Source of the DNA: Rhina ancylostomus
Lineage: Eukaryota
Reading direction: 5' to 3'
DNA: 64,000 nt
Assembly (NCBI GenBank): GCA_030265395.1
Contig: JARFYF010000058.1
Span: 18,529,223 to 18,593,222 of the forward strand
Within the stretch, counting starts at the first letter, position 1, and each line of letters starts with the position of its first letter. A program made the position numbers and the translations under genes. Below are positions 1 to 11,700 of the stretch, piece after piece. The notes below the pieces were generated by a model. The model did not search any database and had not been told where the DNA came from. It saw nothing but the letters and a program-made list of their open reading frames with translations.

Positions 1-68
1 AGTTTCCTTCCATCTCTGAGAAAGTTCTAAAATATAGGGCAAATATGAAAGTGCAGACAATTGTCTTT

Positions 69-74
69 TTTATT
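69..74 (-). other. Candidate dlx4 polyadenylation signal (AATAAA), giving a ~840 nt 3' UTR
   Basis: TTTATT on the + strand, ~840 nt past the stop codon. No transcript evidence. Confidence 0.4.
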
Positions 75-913
75 AATGTTGAAAACAGTGGAAATGCACT
101 ATATTTCTCTGGTATCTGCAAACAGACAGCTAAATGTTTGACTTAATGACTTTTTTTTCCCTCAGAATTTTAAGGAATTTTTTGGATCAAAGATCAAAGC
201 CGAAAACTTTGGTCTGTCTTTTCCTCTTTGTAGATGCTGGGAAAATAGCTTTGTATTTCCAACAATTATTTCCAACTGTACACGTCTTGCCAACTGTATG
301 TGTTTGAATTTATCATATTCATTTTGCCCTGACATAAAACTGTTGCATAAAAAGGACCCCTGAAAATTCCAGTATGATGCTTTACAACTAAACAGGTGTT
401 TGCAGTTTTATCTCAAAAACCACATGATGCTTCAAACTGGAGTTAAGATCATTAAATAAAACATAGTTGATATGGCCTTTATCCTCAGCAGAGATTGGGG
501 CCTGTCTGTGAACACTCTGAAATACAGCCTTTGCATCTGAACCAGCTAAGAAGGATCTGCATCTTGAAGTAAAAGTGTGTTTTTTAAACAACATTAAAAT
601 TGAGCTTAATAGAAGAGCTATAAAATCAGTCCATTGTTTTTTTTTGCAATTCACAACGTAGATTATAGATGTATCAAACTTCTCCAATAGAATTCCAAAC
701 ATCTTACAAGGATTGCATTGCACTCATTAGAGGAGCTTGACTCTATATACTCATTGCATTTCTAGAACAAACCTGTTTGGATATGACTGAAAGCACATAG
801 CCTTTGCTATCCCAAATCAGTCATCTTTTCTGGTCCATGAGACTACCTCAAATCATGTAACCTTTTTGTTTAAATGATAAAAAGTCTGTGGGATAGATTG
901 TACTCCTGGTCAA

Positions 914-1165
914 TCACATCATCTGGGGTCTTGGCATGGTGTCCTGGTGGGGTGGTGGGTACCATGACCCAAAACTGTTAATGTAGCTGTTTGGTGGCAT
1001 AGTGGCACCCTTATTTGCCATGGCAACGTCCCAGACTGGTGGGATATTAGGTGAACACGGAGACAAAGCAGCAGAGGTGGGCAGATGGTCACCTTCTTGC
1101 ACACTGGAGCCGTGTTTCATCAGCTTCTTGTACTTGGAGCGCTTGTTCTGAAACCAGATTTTCAC
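914..1165 (-). CDS. dlx4: Dlx4 coding exon 3 (252 nt incl. stop; [21 protein letters not shown]...[12 protein letters not shown])
   Basis: Acceptor ttttgtttcag|GTGAAA and helix 3 [27 protein letters not shown] and exon-2 EIRLNG match recalled fish Dlx4 rather than Dlx6 (SKFKK, KQGSN, SPRSP, EIRFNG). Total CDS is 747 nt = 248 aa. Confidence 0.93.
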   Translation of the reverse strand: MKIWFQNKRSKYKKLMKHGSSVQEGDHLPTSAALSPCSPNIPPVWDVAMANKGATMPPNSYINSFGSWYPPPHQDTMPRPQMM

Positions 1166-4163
1166 CTGAAACAAAATAAAAGCATATGCATCATATTTAC
1201 TTCACTGTTTAAGCTCAAATTGATATTAAGATTATTTGATCCAAATTGGTATACAGAATACACTCTGATTAGTTATGAGTCTAAATTCATAAGTGATCCA
1301 ACTAAAAAGATCCCAATATTTCAACGTATTTGAAATAAATTTGTAAAGGAATATGACATCCACATTTTTAACGTAGATGAAGGACTGGTGTGGAATATAG
1401 AGAGGGTTTCAACATATTATAACCCTTTTCCAATAGCCTTGTCAAACCAATAATGCTTGAACATTCAGGTGGATCTACAAAGCGGCCCATCAACAAATAA
1501 TTGCAGCAATCGCATTTTGAGCCTTCCAGAGGAAAATGAAACACGTTGCATATAAAGGAATTCAAGACTTTTAAGTGTCGATATGAACAAGGAAAGAACA
1601 CATAACACTGACGGCTTTAATTCGGGTCCAGATTCTCCAGCCTACATGAGAAGCAGGCTCCTTAGCAAAACATCAAGGAGTTTGATATAAATTGTCATAT
1701 GCTCATCAACAGAAGCAAAACGCTATTTATTTTCGCTATAGCCTACAGACTTAGTGATCTTGACCAAACTGTAATTCAGTATTAAAATATAAGTGTGGAT
1801 AGTTTCGTACAGAAGTTGACATTTTTAGAAAGCTCTGTTTGCCCCCGAATTGATAAGGTTTAGCCTGAATTAAAGTTACCATTTTAGCCAAAGAGACCGG
1901 TGATAAATGGGAGATATAGTAAAAATAGCCAGTTATTTTGCAATCAGAATTGAAAATATTTCCCTCCGTCCTCTGTCCTAAAGACCTTTACAATTTGAAT
2001 TTTGAGGCGAGTTTAAACTCACCTCCTATGTTTTAGATTGAAATATAACGCTGAAATGGATTGTATTATTTACTCTCGGATCTCATCTCCATATGGAAAA
2101 TATGGAATGCTCTGGTAGATTGTATAATTTATCTCCGAAAGAAAAGGAAGAAACCTGTGAAATGCACTAAGTATTGAAATAGTATCACACATTTAGAATT
2201 TTTCACTCGGTGCTGCTATATGCCAGCAGCACAGCTTTAGATTGTTTTATTTTTGCTGGTGTGTTGAAGGGCCCCGGTCATGGAGAACTCACTTGTTCCC
2301 TGTGAGAACGCTATGTTTGTATATAATCTGTGGGATTAGACCTGAGTTTTCAAAGCCTTTTCTCTCTGAAATATGTCCCTCATTTGTCCTTTAGGTATGT
2401 TTGCATAACATTTATTTTATATCTAAGCATATTAATCAACCTCAGCATTTCCTTCTGATGGAGAAGCAGTGAATTCTTCTGGTTCGCACACAATGCCAAT
2501 GTCAATGTGAGTTCGGCTGCACAACATTCCCAATATATTTGAGCATAATCGGTTGAAACTTGAACGGTTGTTGGGATTTGAAAGATTACAGTGCCTTTTA
2601 TTAGTATTTGTATAGCCTAACTATTGTTTTCAATAAAGTTTTCTGTTGACGTTTTAAAGACTCCGAAATTAGTTAGAATATGTAATCTTTAAGACAAATA
2701 TGTCCTTATTTATATAATTCTTCAACAACTTTAGTTGGGATTAATAGACACATTTTAATTAAACAGAAAGGTGTGACGACATTAAATTATGATCAATTCT
2801 AAATATATATTTTTAAAATTAATTTTCGAATTGGAACACTTTCTCCTCGGAAAGAGCTTCGAACTTCCTTTGTAGAGATTTCCATTTTTAGAAACAAGCG
2901 CTCTGGATCTTTTCGTGAGTAACACTTGTTCAGGATGATTACTAACGTTCTCACGAACTTGAAATGCTAGTGTGGTCAATTTACTTTTAATGTGCGAATT
3001 TCGGGGAATCCTTTTCAACAGAAAGCGCCAGAAAGAGTAGAACATTAAAAGGAAAAAAATCTCGTGTAGTTTGAGCTGCGCAAGTGGGCAGCAAGTTAAA
3101 CTTACTGTTCGCTCAGAATACTTAAGAATTAATACGACCATAAAATAATTCAATAACATGAAAATAGATAAATGCATAAAATTTTGGCCATTGCTCAGAT
3201 ATTGTTGGTACTTGAATTACATTTTTTCAGAGCTTGCAGAACTTGCAAACACGAGTAAAACGTGCTTGACGATAATGGATTGGCTTACTCTGCGGCGTTG
3301 AAAAGTGTTTTCTACTGTGTGATCCGGCTACCTGTGACCTTCAGACGTGTTTCCTTCATGCACTGCACTACCAGAAATTTTGAAATATTGGAAGGTTTAT
3401 TTTTCATTACCAGCGGCCACTTTGAATTTAGTATATTTGGCAATTTAAAATTGCGGACGTTGAAAGGAAATGGCTAAATTAATGTGTCCCTACTTGGGAA
3501 ATGAAAAGGTATTGCTATGTTCTCATCGTCAAGTGAATGTTTCGTGCATCATGGTTGCACTACTCCTATTTTGTTTTAAACAGTTAATTTATAAGATTAA
3601 AAAATAAGCAATTACCGATTTACTTGGCCCTTTAATTCCTGTAATTTTAACGGATTAATAGTGGCAGATCAAATAAAAAAGATCCCATAAGGAACCGGCA
3701 AAAAGTGGCGCCACGCGAAATGATATAATTGGCCTCTGCCATTTTGTTGGACAGTGGTAGGATGCGTTAGAAAACACATTCAATTTGCATCTTTAAAGAC
3801 ACACTGAGATTAAAATAATCCGAGAAGGGAAATTCTGTTCGCATTCCTACTGAGTGTAAAAATACGGCTTTAAGTGTGGTGAGATCACACAGGAATACCA
3901 AGGGTCCCACGCCTGTTGCTGGAAGTTCTAAATCATCGTTTATGGTGATAGTTATGCAAATCCAATGCCATTTACTAAAGTGCCCAGTTCAACTACACCA
4001 AGGTGTTGAAGTTTAAAAACGAGAACTGACCCGGGTACATATGGATACGTTTTCAAGCGCGCGAGTGCGCTTTCTTACAAGAACAAAGAGACTGTATTTT
4101 CTTCTTTTTAAGTGGACCCCCATACTTTCAAGAGGGCAGAATTTGTTCTGGCCGGCACCCTAC

Positions 4164-4357
4164 CTGTGTCTGGGTGAGTCCGAGAGAGGCTGCCAATTCT
4201 GCTCTCTCCGGTAAAGCCAAATACTGCGTCTGCTGGAAGCGATGGTTCAGAGCCTGCAGCTGTAAGCTCGAATAAATGGTCCTCGGTTTTCGGATCTTTT
4301 TCCCTTTCCCGTTCAATCGGATTTCTCCATTTTCGATTACAGTCGACTTCTCGTGTT
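4164..4357 (-). CDS. dlx4: Dlx4 coding exon 2 (194 nt; [65 protein letters not shown]), homeodomain helices 1-2
   Basis: Dlx-type homeodomain. Acceptor tttccctccaag| and donor ACACAG|GTAGG. Exons 1+2 total 495 nt, so the frame is kept, and intron 2 sits at the conserved Q|VKIW position. Confidence 0.96.
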
Positions 4358-5034
4358 CTTGGAGGGAAATTGAAAACACTGAAGCTTAGGTCCATTACAG
4401 TTTTGACTCACGACCACCCCTCCTTTATTTCCCCCGTCCCAACAGGTTGAATCAAAGTACCTTGAAATGGTGATTCCCCGTAAATAAAAGCCAGCGCAAC
4501 ATCGCGAAATGTTATAGGGAGAAAAGTAACGTTTAAATCGGTTAAATACTGGACGCATTGCAGGAGCTCAATTATAAACGACACTCCGATATGGTTTACT
4601 ACACAAATATACACAAAAGGGTCAAATTTCAAAATTCTTCACGCCAGTAACAGTTTTCTCGAGAGCACTGCAACAATCCACCGCAATCGGTCGGGTCATT
4701 TCATTTGCCAATTTCCCCCAACAGAGTGGACCTCTCGGCAAACAATAGATTATTTCGCCGCAGCGCCAGTCAATTGGCAGGAGACGGAATTATACACGAA
4801 CAAACTGCTGATTTTTTTTTCAGCATTAAATTTGCCTAATTGCGCGTGTCTATTTAAGGAACGCAATTAAAGTCCTTTTTTTATGAATATACAAATAATG
4901 TCATCATAGAGGCCTCTCAAATCCCGGCATCGCGACTCTAAACAGGGGGCTGGCTCAGTAGCAGAATGGCGATGGAAGTCACAGTGTAAACCGATGGAAA
5001 TTACAACGGGGACTGGTGTCCAAACGGCTCTTAC

Positions 5035-5335
5035 CTGTGTCCTCTAACCTGGTGTGACCCAAAGTGCTGCTGTTCTGGTATGGCATGTACGGATTAGGTG
5101 CATGATTGCTAACTGGGCTTGGGTACGGGTAACCCAGCGATCTGCCATAGGAAGAGGCGCCTGAGTAGGAACCATCGTGCTGAGAATGTCCGCTCGAGTG
5201 CAAGCCGTGCACCGGATAGTGTCCATGGGACATGCCAGGGGATGACTGCTGAGCTGGATGTCCAAACTCCAGAAAGGCCGACTTGGATGAGTCTGGTGCT
5301 AACAGACCGTCAGCCATCGCGGTCATAGTCATCAT
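5035..5335 (-). CDS. dlx4: Distal-less homeobox protein Dlx4, coding exon 1 (301 nt, MMTMTAMADGLLAPDSSKSAFLEFG...HTRLEDT)
   Basis: The ORF has the Dlx1/4/6-clade N-terminal motif DSSKSAFLEFG and a Tyr/Pro/His-rich domain. Canonical donor ACACAG|GTAAG follows 5035 (phase 1). Confidence 0.93.
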
Positions 5336-5549
5336 TAACGAGGAAGTGCACGGGACTGACTAGGAATTACCAGCCTGCAGGAAATTGACATGGAATTGAC
5401 GCGCAACATGAAAGTGACACAGAGGCCGATCGCCAACCAAATCCAAGCGTCTTCTCCTCAATTTTCCAAGTAGAGGTGATTTCCCCACTTGTACGCTGAG
5501 TAAAAAAAGAGGGTTAAGTTGAGAGAATTCCCCGTGAAATTCAGGAAAA

Positions 5550-5700
5550 CTTCTGGATTTGCATGGCTGCTTCATGCATATGGATCTGATATGCAAACGT
5601 ATCCAATTGGCTGTCTCCTGCCTTGTGATTGGATGAAGGGCGTATTACATCACTTGCCCGGCGGCGATCCTAATTAACTTTAATTAGAATCAGTTAATGA
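5550..5700 (-). promoter_or_regulatory. dlx4 proximal promoter
   Basis: Octamer ATTTGCAT 5557-5564, CCAATTGG 5603-5610, second CCAAT box 5628-5632, TTACATCA 5645-5652 and paired TAATTA sites 5671-5676/5681-5686, 220-350 bp upstream of the ATG in CpG-rich DNA. Confidence 0.6.
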
Positions 5701-8700
5701 AAGCTGCATTTCCATCAGCGAACAACCCATCCGAAATAATCAGCAGACAATTTCATAAACACGTTATAACATGCTATGAAACTGTTTTATGCGTACAACC
5801 ATGGCGTGCCCCGAAAAATTGGTAAACAAATATTACATGAATATAAGAACTGTAGCAATCATCCGAACGCAGCTTTGCAGCCGCAAATGGACATCCTTCT
5901 TTTTCCCAAAAAGAAAGGGGCAGTAAACGATTAAAAATACATCAATAGGACGAACACTGAGTGGCCGTTTTAGCGACCTCTCGTGTGTTTAAAATACCGC
6001 CCGGGCTCGATCTACAACACTCTGGAGACAAAAGTTCACTCAGCACTGTTTATAATGGAATCTAAAATGGCTACATAGAAACTGCACGCGTTATATAACG
6101 CAATATTCAGAACAAGAGGCTTTACATTGTATTTCGTTCGGCCAGACTTGTATTTGTCACTCTATATTGTTAAAACTGGGGACTGGATTTCATACAATAA
6201 ATAAACAAACAGGCGCAAAAAAATCGTATTTTTAAAGTGTGATTTGGGACATTTACCTTCTACTTTATCCCTTAATTATACCTGGTCTCTTCCGCTATCT
6301 GCTAATCAATGCGGCGATTTAAATGACATTCTCATGTGATACCCACTTCAACTATAAATGTCTTTAGTCCTGTCACAAACGGCGAGTTGTCTGGAGCTGT
6401 CACTGCTGTCTTTCGAGTTTGGTGTGGGAAATCTCAATGGCTCGGTGCATCAGGTATTTGTCACGTTAGGAAGATGCTTGTATTGATCATTTTACTGAAC
6501 ATTAACTGAATCTTGAATGGATCAATTCCAGGAATTGTTAGTCAAGGGTATTTACTAATTTCTGTGCTTTTTCCCCCTGCTATTTGCTATGTTCATACCG
6601 CGTTGGGCGTGTCATTAAGTTACCGAATGATTCGCGAATCTGTATTAAGAGGAAAGGCTACTGAACAAAAAAAAACGTTCAATCTGATTATAACAGGCTG
6701 TTAATATTGTCAAGGTGACGGGGGTGGGAATTATACACAAATGAAAATGATATTTGCACAAAGGATGAACGAAATGTCAATGCGTTGTTTAAAAACATAA
6801 AATACATTTTATTTTACATACACGCGTCAGTGATAGATGATGGATAGGGGATGGTTGTGACAGCAGTGGGTGACGGCTGGGACTGAATGAAGGAGCTACC
6901 TAGCCTCCCTACACCTAAGNNNNNNNNNNNNNNNNNNTGGGTAGCATGTGGGGAGCCTGAGATTTTCTTTGTTTTGCTCTGCATGTTAACCTTGGAGTGG
7001 AACACGCGAGAAAGAAATCCGATCCGATCCTTTCTCTTGACAGTCTGGGAAATGTATAATATAAAATACTCAAACGATCTTTACAATTCATTAACAATAC
7101 AAAAAGGCGGCAATTGCATTTATTTTTAATGTTTTTCTTTTGCTTAAATCGCCGGTCTAAACACCAATGAGATATCCAGGGATCCTCACATTCTCAAAAC
7201 AAAATACATGATACTAAATCAGTTTGCAGCCTGACACTCACGGATACTGGGAGTATTCTTTATAATTTGCTGGCTGTGAAAGCTGCCATTGCCGATCTGA
7301 GTATTTAACTCTTTTCTTTCACTTTCTTGGCAGAGAATAAAACAGTCGAAAGGCGATAAAAAGGCTGTAGCCACCTTCTCGTTCTCATTTTATTTTCTGT
7401 TGACCTGAGATTTTCCATCTCATAAACAGATTCAAACTATTGAGAAAGTATCACAAATGGAGCCTTCTTTTGCTTAACATTGGCAGATATTTTCTGGAGC
7501 CTCAAAATACATTAAACGCGGAACAAGCGCACGCCCAGCAAGGACAGGTGAATAAGCTCGAGTTTTAACGCGCAAACCGAAACCACCTTCTTTCACTCCT
7601 GTATCGAAGCCAGTTCTCTTATATCTCTACTTTGTCAAGGTTTTCAGCGCTGTTTTTTTAAATTGGTTTGTAAAATAAAAGAACGCTGCGGGATGTAGTC
7701 AGTATTTAACAATTTTTGCCTTCCAGCGGTCCGTAATTATTCCTGCGCTGTGCAGTATGAATAACCCTCTCATTGTGAGGAGCTCGCTCCGTTCCGTACG
7801 TTTGTTTTCTCCTGCTGGGAAGATGATTTGCAGCCTTCCACAATGTAACAGGCCATTCAAAGCTCCGGAAAAGAAAAGGGTTTCATCCAGAAAAGAGGAG
7901 TGAGCTATTAAATAGTTAATTATATAACAGGTGCAGCTAGCTTACGAACATTGGGGATAATTTTCGCGATTTTGTTTCCTTTCAATTTTTATCTAAAATA
8001 TAAAGCACTCAGCTCAAGGCGAATTGGAAATCTGAAATATTGCTCATCTCAAATCAAAAGCCTAATGACCGGGAAGCACGCTTGAATAAGAGCACAGGAT
8101 TATTAACATGAAAACTAGCGTTAAAAAAAAACAGAATAAGCAGGATATAATGCAGGATATTTGCATTGATGGGGTGTGTTAACCAAAATATAGCAATTAA
8201 TGTGTATTCAGAAGCAACGCCAGCTTCCTGTTTACATAAATGTACTCTGTTGACCATTCTCTGATTTGCAGTTTAGTGTTGTGCTGCTTGCTCACAATGA
8301 AAGCTCTCTTTGGACCCTTTCTATGTTATATAAGCCACGTGTCACCTTTTTAAATAGTTTTTTTTTGCAAAGGTTTTGTACGAGTCCGGGTTAAATGTTA
8401 ACAAGCACTTTGCAGATATTACTACCCCATGCTTCATTTTGCATTCACCTCTGGAGATGTGTGCGTTTAATCTGCGTGTATGGATATTTAATCCAGGGAT
8501 ACATATGTTTAATCCGGATGTAAAGCGAGCTGTTTGACAGTTTATTCGCTTCTAAGCATCAAACTGAACAACATCTGTTAAAAAATAGTCGCCATTCTCT
8601 CCTGCATAATCTTATTATTACTTCTCTGATATAAAAGGTGCACTTGGTAAAAAACATAAATGCATATACCTGTTAATGTTTTCAATTTCACCCGACGTTC

Positions 8701-11700
8701 ATAAACCACACTTATATGATGCGAGGCATGTGGAATTGTGATTTCCACCCTGTTCATACCCGTCTCTCACCCACCCATTTCATCTTGTACTGGGTGCCGC
8801 TGCTTATTTTTCATCTTTAGTAACTATCCACCGAGTTTTATGTCGTGGATTGATACCGATCACAATTACTGTATCTCCCCTTGTGCCCAGATGTTGTTTG
8901 TGGTATGCGATGAAGAAAAATGTCACTTTGCTAAATAACCTCTGTTAAGTTATGTAAACAAATCATCAGAAGTTTGTGAAAGTTAAGGCTTGAGAGTTGG
9001 GTGAGTTTGCAGGTATTGGAATTCTGGATAAGCTTTCAACATTGGTACAGTTTGATTCCAAGCTCTAATTTACTTTCCATTTTCGGCCAGAAATCATTTT
9101 TTACAAAATAAGTTAAACCATTGAGATGGATTGCAAATCATCTCCTTGGGCAGTCCCTCTGCGTTGCAAATGACTTAAATCTCCGTTACATCATTCTTTA
9201 GAACTTCACTCCACACTGAGCACTTCCTCTTGCTGAAGAAACTTTCGATGCCTATTCATGCAGAACAGTTATCATGTTCTTTGCATTGAGCATATATGGA
9301 TTGAGATAAATGGATTAAGTCGGCCAACATGGAATTGTCGCGTTATACACTAAATTTTGTGTTGTCCAACGCCTTAAACGCAGCAGTAAATACGAAGATT
9401 AAATACTTTTCTTAAGTGTTTCCTTTAAAACTTATTTAACTAATAACTATATAATTGAGAGGCAACAGCTGTGTTGGTTCTAAGATATATTTTTGACACA
9501 TTAAGAATACAATTTGCAAAATGTAAGCTTGATGTAGCAATGCAGCTCAATGTTGAACTATTTAGAAATGATAACACTTCGACTACATCATCATTCCACT
9601 TCGTCCCCAGCTTCAAAGTTTTAGGGATGAAAATCGTTTTTTTTTGGTGAACGTTTTCTTCATAGTCATTGAATAACCTGAAAGAGTCTGGTCTTGTGCT
9701 CTTCCTTGGTACATATGCAATTTTACAGTCAGTTTGTGAACGCACATTTTATTGTAAAACAGCGAACGACCTACAGAGGAGGTATAGAATTCAATTAACG
9801 ACAAACAGTTTAGTAAGATGCAAAGAGTGAATTATTTTATTAAGAATGAGGCGATGAATTCAGTCTGTGAATAGAAAGGAAGATAAACTTTGAGCTGAGA
9901 AGGCGTGGCGGATAAAATTAAGGAACTCATAAAACGGCGACCATAAAGAAAGGTTCAAATGTACTTCATGAAAAATCCTATGGGACAAACAAACTTTCAA
10001 GGTTTTTTTAAGTTAATGTGCGCCAGCTAATTTAGTGATTTTATTTTAAATAATTGTTATAAGTCTATTAGCATAAATATAAGATATCTTAACAGCAAAT
10101 CAATTGCATACCAGAGTTTGGCGATATATTTAAATGCATTATATGTACAGTTGCTCCCCAACTTTATTTTTAGTTGTAACATTAAACTCAGACGACTTAT
10201 AATTTCAATTGTTAATCCAAGCAGACTAGTTTTACCAAGACTTCAAGACGCGCCAATTTAAGTTTAACACATTCTAAAGTTATGATCCTGTTCAAACAGT
10301 CAACCAAATTACGTAACAACTCAATATAACTTTATTAAAGTGCGAGACCTGCATGGATACAGCAGGATTTCGCTGTAAAATTCTCCCCGTCCCACCAAAC
10401 ATCGGTGTATGCATTATATTTTAGCAAGTTGACATTGAAATCTAAAAGCAAAGAAAGGTGGCATTGGTTCATTATTGGAAGTTAAAGCATCATATTTTTT
10501 TCTTGAGTTACTTTACGATTTTTTTAGACTTTCTTAGATTCAGAAAACATGCATTTAACATCCTGGATTAGCAAATCGTGCAGTGCAGGACGTAAATCAT
10601 TTGGTGACAATTCAAAGTGGTTGTCATAACACGGAGAAGAACCGAGAAAAGGAAAGGTACCCTCTTTTAAAAGCTGTAATTATGGATATAGGAAGAACAA
10701 AGGCGAGCCCTGGAGCAATGCATTGGAGGTTGAGGCTTCAGTGTGGAGTAATAGAAGGAGAGGAGCTCTAATAACTAGACATGGGAACGTCAGAGCAGAC
10801 ATTCAGGCGTCTCAACACCCCCACTGCACGATTTAGAAACGAATTAATACGTTTTAAAAACTAGACCAACTACCATGGTGTAGAATAGGCATAAATAATA
10901 AATGCTCTATTTAGATCCACTAGATGAACTGGACTATTTGATTGGGTAGAGAAGTTTCCCTTAATTCACAAAACCAGATACTGCTCTTTAATCAAGATAA
11001 ATATGGTTTATATTGCCGGAGTCAAGTTAAAGTGGGTAACCTTGGCTTAAGGAAAATTACGGAGTTTAACTATGATGACACGGTGAAATGCAAAGCAGCC
11101 GCTTTGTTCCAACTATAAGCCATTCTCTTTTTGGCTTTGCTTATTCAACTCATTGGGTTGTGTGGGCTAATCTGGAGGGTTACATTAAATTCCAGGCTAA
11201 GTAACCAAACTGCACTAATTTTTCAAGTCCATCACATAGATAAATGCACACATTCCCCGCGAATCATCATATTTCAATTACCTTAAGTTTGATTTTTCAT
11301 TTTTAGAGATCTGGTCTGGAATAAAAAAAACTTTGTCAATTAAATATTCGTTGAAACGCCTGCTTAGCTGTGATGCAAAGTACTTTGCCACTCGCACTAG
11401 ATAATCTAAAGTGCTTCGTGCATTGATAAAACTTTATTGATATGCTGCGTTTTAAAACAGATTTTGCCCGTGTTAAATTAAAACCGCAATCATTCTATGG
11501 TTACTGCAGTTCTTGAAACATAATCTTTGCATTAACACATACGATGAATTGATAATTAGTTTAAAAGGTGTGGTGGTCTCCCCCACCCCCAAATGATGAC
11601 CCAGTGGTATCAACGTAATTTTTCTGAAACGTAGATTCTCCACTGTGAAGCAGCTGGACTGAGCTGGGAAGGTGGCTGTTTTAGTTCAGTGCAAAACTGC

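Noticed and set aside
4108-4395. Alternative-frame ORFs over dlx4 exons (also 919-1104, 5044-5265, 5119-5328)
   Set aside because: Shadow frames of GC-rich coding exons.
5360-5596. 78-aa minus-strand ORF upstream of dlx4 as an extra coding exon
   Set aside because: It ends in a stop before the ATG, overlaps promoter motifs and has no protein-like features.
11588-11668. C/D box snoRNA-like layout (ATGATGA 11593-11599, CTGA 11624-11627, CTGA 11659-11662, ccca/tggg flanks)
   Set aside because: No host intron, no rRNA/snRNA guide that I recognise, and a weak terminal stem. Such short boxes arise by chance.
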